In this document: positions 11,285 to 20,774 of the stretch, in pieces
Numbering within the stretch: position 1 is the stretch's first letter
How the letters are laid out: each line of letters opens with the position of its first letter
Assembly (NCBI GenBank): GCA_963822965.1
Contig: CAWGJT010000009.1
Coordinates: forward strand, 32,001 to 96,000
Direction: 5' to 3'
Source: an uncultured delta proteobacterium
GTDB lineage: Bacteria > Myxococcota_A > UBA9160 > UBA4427
DNA: 64,000 nucleotides
Made by a program: the position numbers and the translations under genes
The notes under the pieces: model-generated
The model's database searches: none
What the model saw: only the letters and a program-made list of their open reading frames with translations
Told to the model about the DNA's origin: nothing

Positions 11285-12440
11285 ATGACGAGCGGCCTCC
11301 ACACGAGCGACGCTCGACAGCCGGATCACGCTGGCGGTCTTCCTCGCCCTGCTGTGGCTGCCCCTGGTGGTGAGCGCTCTCTCCCGGGACACCGGCGTCT
11401 CCCTCGGACGAGCAGCGGACGCTGGCGCCCCTGCCGTCCTTCGCGATCCGAGCGCCCTGGCCGACCTGCCCACGCGCCTCGAGCACTACTGGGACGACCG
11501 CATGGGTCTGCGAGAGGACCTGATCCGCGCCTGGGCCTGGCTCCACATCGAGCTTCTCGGGGTCTCGCCCTCGGACAAGCTCATCGTGGGGCGGGAAGGC
11601 TGGCTCTTCTTCGGCGACGCCGGACGCCGTCGCCCAGTACCGGGGCCTGGCGCGCTTCGACGAGCCGGCGCTGGAGCGGTGGACGCGGGTGCTCGAGGAG
11701 CGCAACGCCTGGCTCGCGGAGCGCGGGATCGCCTACCTGCTGGTGGTGGTCCCCAACAAGCACCGCATGTACGCCGAGTACATGCCGCGGTCGATTCCCC
11801 AGGTCGCACGAGACCTCACAGCTCGACCAGCTCGCCGCGGCGTTGCGGGCGCGCGGGACGGTGCCGTTCCTCGACCTGCGCGAGACCCTCGCCCGGGCGG
11901 GACGCACGAGCGCGGACCTACCATCGAACCGATACCCACTGGAACGACGTCGGTGCCTACGCGGCGTACCGGGCGATCCTCGACGGCGCTGGCGCCTCGC
12001 GTGCCTTCGCTGGCGCCCGTCAGCCCGTGGCGGTTCGCGCGCTCGAGCGGACGACGCCCGGTCTCGGGCTGGCCGCGCATCGTCGGGCTGAGCCTCGTCT
12101 ACCCCGAGCGCTCGCTGGACCTCGTGGTCGAGTCGCCGCGCGCGGCGGTTCCGAGCGAGCGGCGCGCGGCCTTCGAGGATCGCAACGCCGCCAGCTCGCC
12201 TTCGCCCTGGGTACGGGCGATCCCGCCCTGCCCTCCGCGGTGGTATTCCGCGACTCCTTCGCGGACGCCCTCGTGCCCTTCCTCTCGGAGAGCTTCTCGC
12301 GGGTCGTCTACGTCTGGCAGCGCGACGTCGATCCGAGCGTGGTGGAGGCCGAGCGGCCGGACGTCGTCATCCAGGAGATCGCCGAGCGCTTCCTGGGCCG
12401 GCGCCCTGGGAATCGAGGCGGCGCGCTCGCAGCACCGTGC
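11285..12440 (+). CDS. AlgJ/AlgX-like SGNH O-acetyltransferase (multiple frameshifts; end approximate)
   Basis: GREGWLF, VVPNK..Y.EYMP, YHRTDTHWN..GA (DxH), FRDSF, QEIAER; directly follows algI. Confidence 0.85.
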
Positions 12441-12442
12441 GC

Positions 12443-13387
12443 TCACGCGGTGGCCGAGGAGCGCGGTCCGCCTCGCCGGGCGCGGTGCGAGCCCGCAGCG
12501 AGCGGTCGGCGGCGACTGACGACGACGCCCGCTCCCGAGGCGCGGCGAGCAGCGCCTCGGGCGACGCGTCCTCGCCGAGACCGGCTCGCAGGGCGGAGCG
12601 CGTGGGACTCGCGGCGTCCGCGGCAAGAATCCCGGCGCCTCGCGGCGAAGACGCCGTCGCCGCGCCGGCGCCAGCACGCGGCGCTCGTCGCCCGCGATCG
12701 AGACCGCCGCGAGCGCACCGCTCGCGTCGGCGAGCGCGAGGGTCGCCCCGCCCGAGACGGGGCGCTTCAGGCACCAGTCGAGGCACCCGGCCACGTCGCC
12801 GAATCGCTGCAGACACTCCTGCACGAGCAGCTGGCACGACGGCGACAGTCCCCCGCGTACGGCGCCGGTCGGCGCGATGGCGACGGCGACACCCGGCTAC
12901 GTTGACGCCGGCCACCGCGGTCGCCGTCCAGGGAAGGGTCAGCTCCACGGAGGCGAACCCCACCTCCGGCCGACTCCGGCGCGCGATCCAGCACGCATCG
13001 GCCTGCAGGCTGCGCGCGACCACGGCGTGCGCTCCGGCGCGCGCGCCGAGCCGCGCTTCGGCGGCGACGGGCTCGTCCGGCAGCTCGCCCGACGCACCGC
13101 GCACGAAGAGATCCATCAGCGCATCGACCGAGGTCCCGGCGCCTCGCGCCATGCCCTGGAAGCGCTCGCCCAGATGCGGGAAGTGCCTCACGATCTCCCG
13201 CGCCATGCCCGCGCCCAGGACCGGACCCACGAGGAAGGGACGCAGGCTGGCCCGCGCTCTTCCCCGATGCTGGATGCCGGCCCGGGCGAGACGCTCGCGG
13301 ATGGCGTCCCGACAGGCGCCACCCTGGCCGCGCCCCATGGCCCGCGGGATCCCCCGCGCACTCGATGAGGAGCAGAGGGGCCGACAT
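12443..13387 (-). CDS. Peptidase C45/AAT (Ntn-fold)-like protein, apparently degenerate (frameshifted)
   Basis: N-terminal G.PR.MG..QG, E.FQGMARGAG and AGVN.AG patterns resemble the C45 family. Confidence 0.45.
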
Positions 13388-13472
13388 GTTCCTTCCGTGC
13401 GGGTGCCGGCCGAGCGGCCGATCGGATGCCCTGGACTCGTCCTGCGGCGCAGGCCGAGCCCCCCTGGGTGGG

Positions 13473-14313
13473 TCAGTCCGAGCTGCGGACGAAGAGGACC
13501 TCGTTCGAGCGAGCCCATGCGGTAGCCCTCGAGGTCGAGCGAGACCCAGCGGAAGCCCAGGGGCTTGATGGCGCGGGCGATCGCGTTCCGCCATCTCGGG
13601 GTGGAACGCGCGCTCCATCTCCTCGGGCGCGATCTCCACGCGCGCGAGATCGCCGTGGTGGCGCAGGCGCACCTGGCGGAAGCCCAGCGCACGCAGCCGC
13701 TCCTCGCCCTCCTCGACCTGGGCGAGCCGCTCGGGCGTCACCTCGGTCCCATAGGGGAGGCGCGAGGAGAGGCAGGCCGACGCGGGCAGATCGGCGGTGG
13801 GCAGCCCCACCTCCCGCGAGAGCGCGCGGATGTCCGCCTTGGAGAGCGCGGCGTCCAGGAAGGGCGAGAGGACCGCGTGCTCGGAAGCCGCTCGGTGCCC
13901 GGGACGGAAGTCGCTCGTGTCGTCGGTGTTGATCGCCGTAGGCGATGGCGTCGAAGGCCAGCTCCCCGCAGATGCCCTCCAGGCGCTCGAAGAGCTCGCT
14001 CTTGCAGTGGTAGCAGCGGTCCGGCGCGTTGGCGCGGTAGGCGTCCCGCTCCATCTCGCGGGTCTGCGACGAAGCGGTGGGGGATGCCGAAGTCCGCGAC
14101 GATCTGCTCCGCCATGCGGCGGTGGGACGCCGGATAGGAGGGCGAGACGGCCGTCACGGCAAGGCAGTCGTCGCCCAGCGCGTGTCGCGCAGCCCAGGCG
14201 AGATAGCTCGAGTCGACGCCGCCCGAGAAGGCCACCAGCACGCGACCCGACGCCCGGAGGCGCTCGTAGAGGGCTTCCTGCTTGGCGCGCAGGTCGCGGA
14301 GGGGGCTCGACAT
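13473..14313 (-). CDS. larE: ATP-dependent sacrificial sulfur transferase LarE (frameshifted)
   Basis: PP-loop AFSGGVDSS, RCYHCK, DFRPG, CLSSRLPYG, QVRLRHH, LDLEGYRMGS. Confidence 0.9.
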
Positions 14314-14467
14314 GCGACCCAGGGTACGGAGCGGCCCGGGGAGGGTCAACCGGCGCGCTCCGGGCTCCAGCCGCGCGCCGAAGCGATCCGATAGGGAGCG
14401 AGAGGCGAGCCACGGATGCGTCGAACGGTATAGTCCCGTCCACGGTCCACGCGTTCGGGGGGAACAC

Positions 14468-15559
14468 ATGGCCAGGATCCGCGTGGGGCTTCTCTTCGGC
14501 GGGCGCTCCGTCGAGCACGAGGTGTCGATCAGCTCGGCGACCTCGATCCTGCAGGCCCTCGATCCCGATCGCTACGACGTCACCCTGATCGCGATCGATC
14601 CCGACGGCCGCTGGCGTCTGGGCGCCGGCTCGGAGCTCCTGCCCGAGAAGGCCGTGGCCGGCAGCGAGGTGAGGCTGCCCGCGGTTCCGGGCGGCATGCT
14701 GCTCCCCGAGGCGTCCAGCGACGCGAGCCCGCGCCGCCTGGACGTGGTGTTCCCCATCGTCCACGGGCGGGGCGGTGAGGACGGTCAGGTCCAGGGCCTG
14801 CTCGAGCTGGCCGAGATCCCCTACGTCGGGATCGGGCGTGCTGTCCTCGGCGGTGCAGATGGACAAGGACGTGGCGCGGCGCCTGCTCAAGGCGGCGGGG
14901 CTGCCGGTGGTCCCGGACGTGGTGCTGCGCGGCGCCGACGTCTCCACCGAGGGGCGGCGCGCCGCCGCCCAGGCGGCGGTCGAGACCCTCGGCCTGCCCG
15001 TCTTCGTCAAGCCCGCCAACTCGGGATCGTCCGTCGGCATCTCGAAGGCCAGGGATCTCGACGCGCTCATCCGAGGCGATCGGCGAGGCCGCCCGCTACG
15101 ACACGAAGGTCGTCATCGAGAAGGCCATCGACGCGCGGGAGATCGAGGTGGCGGTGCTCGGGAACGAGAGCCCCGAGGCGTCGGTTCCGGGCGAGATCGT
15201 GCCCAGCCACGAGTTCTACGACTACGAGGCGAAGTACCTCGACGAGAGCACCGAGCTGCACGTACCGGCGCGCCTGCCCGAGGACGTGACCAAGCTGCTT
15301 CGCAGCCTCGCGCTCGAAGCGTTCCACGCGCTCGAGGCGGAGGGCATCGCGCGCGTCGACTTCTTCGTCGAGCGCGATACCGGGCGCGATCTTCATCAAC
15401 GAGCTGAACAGCCTGCCGGGCTTCACCGAGAGCTCGATGTTCCCGCGCCTGTGGGCGGCCTCCGGGCTGCCCTATCCCGCGCTGCTCGACCGCATGATCG
15501 ATCTGGCGCTCGAGCGGCACGCGCGCCGGTCCAGGCTGCAGACCCGCTTCCACCCGTAG
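14468..15559 (+). CDS. ddl: D-alanine--D-alanine ligase (frameshifted)
   Basis: [58 protein letters not shown]. Confidence 0.95.
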
Positions 15560-17082
15560 CCGCCGGGGGCGCTCGCAGCCGTGGCGACCGGCGCGATCAG
15601 GGTCCGGCGGCGGCGGCCCGCGGCCGGCGGGCGGGGCCTGGCCTTCCCGGCGGGCGGATGGGCCTTCTTGTGCGGCTCGATCACGTAGCCGAGGGCCCGG
15701 AGCTGGGCCTGGTGCATCTCGTCCAGCTCGACCTCGGGCGCCTTGTCCCACTGGGTCTTGGGCTTCGCGAGGAAGGCCTCCACGTCCGACCGCAGCTCGC
15801 TCGCCACATTCGCCTTCTCGGCGGCCACGTTCCGCTTCTCGCGCGGGTCGACGCTGTGGTCGAAGAGCTCGATCCGCTCCGGCCGGTTCGTCGCGTAGTT
15901 CAGGCGGTAGGGCCCCTTCACGATCGACGTCGTCGGCTCTGGGTCGGCGCCCACCTTGCCCCAGCTCCGGTCGAGCTGCGCGAAGAAGGAGCGATCCGTC
16001 TCGGTGTCGGCGTCGCCGCTGGAGTCGTCGGCGGCCGCGAGGATGAGCGGAAGCGCGGACTGCCCTTCGGCGCCGGGCAGGGGCGGGAGCCCGAGCATGT
16101 CCAGCAGCGTGGGCCAGACGTCGACGTTCGCCACACGCTGGTTCACCACGATGCCGGGATCCAGCCGGAACGGCGGAACGATGATCCACGGCGTATTCAG
16201 CACCTCGCGATAGAGGTTGCGCGCGTGACCTTCGATGCCGTGCTCGAAGAAGGCCTCGCCGTGGTCCGAGACGATCACCACCATCGTCTTGTCCGCCAGC
16301 CGCAGCTCCCGCAGCGTCTGCATGATGCGCCCGATGTTGTAGTCGATCCAGTAGATCGAGCTGTCGTAGAAGTCGGAGAACTCGACCCCGAAGTTCGGCG
16401 AGAGGTCGGTATAGAGGTACTGGTGCACGTCCATGTAGTGCACGTAGAGGAAGAAGGGGTCGGCCACCGCGCCTGTCATGAATTCGATGGCCGAGAGCGT
16501 CGCGTCCATGTCGGTGCCGGGCAGCCGCGCGACCCCGGGCGTGTGACGCATCACCTCGTGCTCGGGCATCGTCTGCCGCGGGCGGATGTAGAGGTCGAAG
16601 CCCTGACCGAAGCCGAAGTTGTTCGCCACCCAGCCGTTGCGCCAGATGCCCGCCGTGCGGTAGCCGGCATCGTGGAAGATCTCTGCGGGCATGACCGCCT
16701 GCGGCGGCATGGCGTGGAAGAATCGCTGGATTCCCGTCCGCTCCGGGTACATCCCCGTCCACATCGAGGCCATCGACGCCTTGGTCCAGCTCGACTGGGC
16801 TTCGACGTTCGCGAAGCGGATTCCGCTCGCGGCCAGGTCGGCCAGCACCGGGCTGGTGGTCCGATCGTAGCCGTATGCCGAGAGGCGGTCGGCGCGCAGC
16901 ATGTCGATCACGATGAAGACGACGTTCAGGTGATCCCGCTGGCGCAGGGTCGTGAGGTCGCCGACCGTGCCCTCCGGGCGCGACGGCGGATCCAGCCGGA
17001 TCTGGGACAGGACCGCCGCGACGATCAGGATCCCCGCGAGTGAGAAGTAGAACCACGAGGAATCGATGAGCTTGCGCAGCAA
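15472..17082 (-). CDS. Membrane-anchored sulfatase/alkaline-phosphatase-superfamily protein with Thr nucleophile (3' end may be extended by an indel)
   Basis: [36 protein letters not shown]-terminal LRALGY; TTG start and N-terminal TM segment. Confidence 0.85.
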   Translation of the reverse strand: MLRKLIDSSWFYFSLAGILIVAAVLSQIRLDPPSRPEGTVGDLTTLRQRDHLNVVFIVIDMLRADRLSAYGYDRTTSPVLADLAASGIRFANVEAQSSWTKASMASMWTGMYPERTGIQRFFHAMPPQAVMPAEIFHDAGYRTAGIWRNGWVANNFGFGQGFDLYIRPRQTMPEHEVMRHTPGVARLPGTDMDATLSAIEFMTGAVADPFFLYVHYMDVHQYLYTDLSPNFGVEFSDFYDSSIYWIDYNIGRIMQTLRELRLADKTMVVIVSDHGEAFFEHGIEGHARNLYREVLNTPWIIVPPFRLDPGIVVNQRVANVDVWPTLLDMLGLPPLPGAEGQSALPLILAAADDSSGDADTETDRSFFAQLDRSWGKVGADPEPTTSIVKGPYRLNYATNRPERIELFDHSVDPREKRNVAAEKANVASELRSDVEAFLAKPKTQWDKAPEVELDEMHQAQLRALGYVIEPHKKAHPPAGKARPRPPAAGRRRRTLIAPVATAASAPGGYGWKRVCSLDRRACRSSARSIMRSSSAG

Positions 17083-17100
17083 GTGGCGGGTCTCCGTCCT

Positions 17101-18783
17101 TCACGGCTTGTGTTGCGCGTCGACCTGCAGTCGCGCGCGCACGAGATGCATTGCGATCCGTTCCTGGTTCGGGGCCAGCTCCGCCGCTCGCTCGAGACGG
17201 GGGATCGCCTGCTCGGGGCTACCGCTCTCGAGCCAGGCACGACCGGCGCGGAAGAGCGTCGAAACGTCTTCCGGCTCGATCTCCAGCGCCGAATCATAGG
17301 CGTTCGCGGCTTCGCGCCACTCCCGGGCCTGCTCGTGCAGGAGGCCCAACGACTGGTAGCCGCGCGCGGTGGGCGCCAGAGCGAGACTCCGCTCGAACTC
17401 GGCGCGAGCTCCGTCGGGGTCGCCCTCGCGCGCGAGCCGGCGGCCGAGCTCGGTGTGCCGGCTGGGCCCGTCCCGGCCGAGCCAGGCGAGCCGGGCCAGC
17501 GCCTGACGCGCGGCCTCCACGTCCCCCCGGGACATCGCTGCCCCGAATCCGACGTCGCCCACCCAGAAGGTGACGGCTCCGTACGCCAGGCAGAGCGCCC
17601 CCACGCCCTGCGCGGTCCGCCGCAGCCACGGTGCCCTCCGCACCGCGATGGGCACCGCGAGGTCGCTCGGCGACGGCTGCGATCGCAGCAGCACCCGTGC
17701 GACCCGCCCGTCCCGCAGCTTCCAGACCGCGCCGTCGAGGACGAAGTGATGCAGGTTGACCATCGCTGCCACCATCAGGGCGAGACCGGACTCGTGGGGT
17801 AGCCGACCGAGCAGCCCCGGCGCGAAGACGATGGCGGGAAGCGTCCACACCGCGTAGCCCGCGAGGGTCGCCTTGCCGAGGAAGGCCAGGCGACGGCGCC
17901 ACGGCGACGGCTGGGCGCGCACGGCCGCCTCGGATTCGGTCGTGTAGTAGGTCGTGATCCACAGATACTGGACGGCGTGATAGCCCGCGATCCACAGGAA
18001 GCCGTAGGCGGTGTAGATGCTCCGGAAGGCGCTGGCCTCCCCCGCGAGCTGCCAGTGCCGGACGGGCACGGGCACGGTGAACCAGAGCGCCTGGGTTGCC
18101 ATCAGCGCGAGCGAGGGAAGGATCGCGACGAGCCCCGCCGACCGCGTCAGCAGGTAGATTGCCGCGATGCTGGCGACCGCCCAGGCGGTGCCGAGGACCA
18201 CGATGGCAACGCTGCCGAAGGCGTGCGGAATGCCCAGGGACAGGAGCTTGAAGACCGTGCCCCCGTACGAGACCGGCGCATAGCTGCCTTCGGGCTGCGC
18301 GCTGTGGATGGCGACGAAGGTGAGTAGGAAGGACGCCACGAAGGACGCGTGCACGAAACGCTTCGCGGTCGGCGTCACGGTCACGCCGCGACGTCCGGCC
18401 AGCATGAGCGCGATGCCGTAGTTCTGTCCCGTGTAGTGCCAGGGACTCCACGTGAGATAGACGGTGAGGAGGAGCGAGCCGAGCAGCTGGCCGTACAGGC
18501 TCGCGACGAAGCCGGTGGCGATGAGCAGCGTGGCCCACACCGAGAAGAACCGATACCGGCGCCGGTCGGCCGGATCCTCGTAGACGCGCACGAGCGTGGC
18601 GCCGTAGTGCGGCAGCGCGAAGAGCAGGATCAGCAGGGCGCCGGGAACCCAGGTGGCCAGGACGTTGCGTCCCAGCCCCGCCTGCAGGAGCATGACGGCC
18701 ATCGAGCCGATCCCGCACCCGAGGAGCAGGTCCACTCCGGATCCGTACAGCCAGCCGCGCCTGTGCCGTCCCGCGTCGCTCAT
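17101..18783 (-). CDS. Polytopic membrane protein with four His boxes and C-terminal TPR repeats
   Basis: PHYGAT, WHYTGQNYGI, YHAVQYL and HHFVLDG motifs among TM segments; TPR-like tail (AYDSALEIEPED). Confidence 0.75.
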   Translation of the reverse strand: MSDAGRHRRGWLYGSGVDLLLGCGIGSMAVMLLQAGLGRNVLATWVPGALLILLFALPHYGATLVRVYEDPADRRRYRFFSVWATLLIATGFVASLYGQLLGSLLLTVYLTWSPWHYTGQNYGIALMLAGRRGVTVTPTAKRFVHASFVASFLLTFVAIHSAQPEGSYAPVSYGGTVFKLLSLGIPHAFGSVAIVVLGTAWAVASIAAIYLLTRSAGLVAILPSLALMATQALWFTVPVPVRHWQLAGEASAFRSIYTAYGFLWIAGYHAVQYLWITTYYTTESEAAVRAQPSPWRRRLAFLGKATLAGYAVWTLPAIVFAPGLLGRLPHESGLALMVAAMVNLHHFVLDGAVWKLRDGRVARVLLRSQPSPSDLAVPIAVRRAPWLRRTAQGVGALCLAYGAVTFWVGDVGFGAAMSRGDVEAARQALARLAWLGRDGPSRHTELGRRLAREGDPDGARAEFERSLALAPTARGYQSLGLLHEQAREWREAANAYDSALEIEPEDVSTLFRAGRAWLESGSPEQAIPRLERAAELAPNQERIAMHLVRARLQVDAQHKP

Positions 18784-18875
18784 GGCCGTAGAGCCGCGAA
18801 CCTCATCCAGCGATTCGATAACCAGGCCGGCACTTTAGTTCAGTCCCAACCACTCCGCGAACACGTTCCCAAAGA

Positions 18876-19166
18876 CCCCCATTCGGCCGCAACCCAATGA
18901 GGGGAGTACAGCGCCCGCGAGTCGCCTCGGCCCCCACTCGGCCGCAACCAAGCCCCACAACGAACGAGGGGAGTACAGCGCCCGCGAGTCGTCTGGCTCT
19001 CCATTGGGCGGCAACCAGGCCCCACAACAAATGAGGGGAGTACGACGCCCGCGAGCCGCCTCGCCCCCCATTGGGCGGCAACCAGGCCCCGCACCCAAGG
19101 AGGGGAGTACGACGCCAGCGAGTCGTCTGGCTCTCCATTGGGCCGCAACCAGGCCTCATCCCCAAA
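18876..19166. repeat. Tandem array of four 67-bp imperfect units plus a truncated 5' unit
   Basis: GAGGGGAGTAC starts at 18899, 18966, 19033 and 19100 (exact 67-bp period); each unit also has CGCC.GCGAG, CCA.T.GG..GCAACCA.GCC. Confidence 0.95.
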
Positions 19167-19200
19167 AAAAGAAACGGCCACCTCGTGAGAGGTGGCCGTT
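19164..19200 (-). terminator. Rho-independent terminator of the PEP-CTERM gene
   Basis: Perfect 12-bp stem AACGGCCACCTC / GAGGTGGCCGTT (19173-19200) with a 4-nt loop, followed on the minus strand by a T-tract; 25 bp after the stop codon. Confidence 0.9.
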
Positions 19201-19225
19201 CTTCTGTCAGTTGCCGATCGGACGC

Positions 19226-20182
19226 TTACTTGCGCATCCGGCGACGGCCGATCACGGCGAGGCCGACGGCCCCCGAGACCAGCAGGAGCACGGTGCCCGG
19301 CTCGGGCACGAACTCGAAGTGGATCGTCGCCGAGCCCGGGATGCGTCCCGCGATGGCCGCGGTGTCGATCCGCATCGGGGACACCACCGTCACGCTGCCT
19401 GCCTTGCTACCCGAGAGCAGGTTCTGCGTACCCGAAACGGTCACCGTGTGGTTCTCGACCGCGTTGCCGCCGTTGACGGACACGAATCCACCGTTGGTCG
19501 ACGGCGTCATCACGGTCTCGTTCGGAGTCGGCTGCAGGGTGAAGGCGACGCCCTGCACGTTGCCGCGCGCCGGGATCGTGATGAAGTTCGACGTCACCGC
19601 CGTGATCACCACCGGCGCCGTGATGAACGGGCCGTTGGTCACGGTGATGTTGTTGCCCAGCAGCGAGACCATCGTGGTCTCACCCATGGCGCCGCCGACG
19701 TGGCTCAGCGGAACCGGAAGCACGATGGCGCCGCCCAGGGCATTGATCACCGCCACGCCGTTGAGGCGCAGGTTGCCACCGAAGGCCGGACCCACCGAGC
19801 CGCCGCCACCGATCTGGTTGGAGGCGATCACGACGCCGTCCTGGAGGACACCGCCGTTGTTGTGGACCGTCACCTTCAGGTTCGAGATCAGCGGAACGCC
19901 GGTGAACAGCGCCGTGCCCGGACCGAAGTTGACCGTCGACCACACCGTCGCACCCGCGAGGATGTTGTGACCCACGGTCGGGTTGCCCTGGCTACCCGAC
20001 GCCAGGGAGACCAGGCTCTCCGTTCCCGGAAGAGCGCTGACCGCGACGGTGGGCAGACCGCTGATGGTCAGACCGAGCGTCGAGTTCGGCTGATCCATCT
20101 GGCCCGCCTGCGCTGCCCCTCCGATTAAGAGGCAGCTCATCGCCACGCACATCACGAGAATCGCTCGCTTCAGGTTCTGCAT
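19226..20182 (-). CDS. PEP-CTERM sorting-signal surface protein
   Basis: Signal peptide ending AAQA; Gly/Thr/Val/Ser/Asn-rich body; C-terminal VPEPGTVLLLVSGAVGLAVIGRRRMRK; AGGAG SD. Confidence 0.95.
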   Translation of the reverse strand: MQNLKRAILVMCVAMSCLLIGGAAQAGQMDQPNSTLGLTISGLPTVAVSALPGTESLVSLASGSQGNPTVGHNILAGATVWSTVNFGPGTALFTGVPLISNLKVTVHNNGGVLQDGVVIASNQIGGGGSVGPAFGGNLRLNGVAVINALGGAIVLPVPLSHVGGAMGETTMVSLLGNNITVTNGPFITAPVVITAVTSNFITIPARGNVQGVAFTLQPTPNETVMTPSTNGGFVSVNGGNAVENHTVTVSGTQNLLSGSKAGSVTVVSPMRIDTAAIAGRIPGSATIHFEFVPEPGTVLLLVSGAVGLAVIGRRRMRK

Positions 20183-20346
20183 AGGCTTCTTCCTCCTTGG
20201 TTCACCGGTTCACTCGCTCTACATCACTCGTTCGAGCTTCAACGGCCCCTCGACTCCAACTGCCGACCGTCGGGTTGCCATCCGACCTACAGGGCGGATT
20301 CCTGACAGAACCGGTCGTGCAGCGATATAGGGCCGCGGCCGATTCC

Positions 20347-20376
20347 AGCATGCTCCCAGCGGCGGATGCAGGTCAA
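20347..20376 (-). promoter_or_regulatory. Possible sigma70-type promoter for the PEP-CTERM gene
   Basis: Minus strand reads TTGACC-N18-CATGCT; the -10 is a weak match. Confidence 0.3.
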
Positions 20377-20774
20377 GAAACTTCTCGAGCGCGGCGGAAA
20401 GACTCTCCCTCGATTCCCCTGGGGGGGCAAGGACGATCCTTCCACGTCCGAGTAGAACCGCCCCGGCTCGGGCGGACTCTCTATTTCCGGGTCCACACCC
20501 TGCCTCTCCTCCCGCGGGGGGCGGCACTTCCTCGCTCGGCTCCCCGCGGGACCCCCAACACCAACATCCGGGGACAGGGAGCCTGCGGGACAGATTCCGC
20601 CCGCCCGCGCGAACGGCCGTGGACCTCACCTTCTCGCCGGTGTGGGCACTCACGTGGACACCGGCGGCACACGCCCGCCGGACGCCTGGATCTGGATTGG
20701 AAGCACCTGGTTTGGAAGCAGAACGCCTCGCACGTAAGCTTCCGCGTCTCGATTTTCGGAGGATTCCGCGCCCG

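Noticed and set aside
13473..15559. larE next to ddl as a D-lactate / vancomycin-resistance module
   Set aside because: The ligase has the FYDYEAKY omega loop typical of D-Ala-D-Ala ligases, and no larA, vanH or vanX is present.
15472..15559. 88-bp convergent overlap between ddl and the sulfatase-like gene
   Set aside because: The sulfatase tail after LRALGY is low complexity and lies in an error-rich patch; probably extended by an indel.
18899..19150. GGGGAGTAC and GGCCGCAA words resembling 16S rRNA, or GGGGAGUA resembling the yybP-ykoY riboswitch
   Set aside because: Only short word matches; the flanking conserved rRNA/riboswitch sequence is absent and no plus-strand gene follows.
18876..19166. 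67-bp array as a CRISPR array
   Set aside because: Units are similar along their whole length with no unique spacers, and no cas genes are in the window.
18803..19181. Short repetitive ORFs over the tandem array
   Set aside because: The period is not a multiple of 3 and the same peptide rotates through all frames, indicating non-coding repeats.
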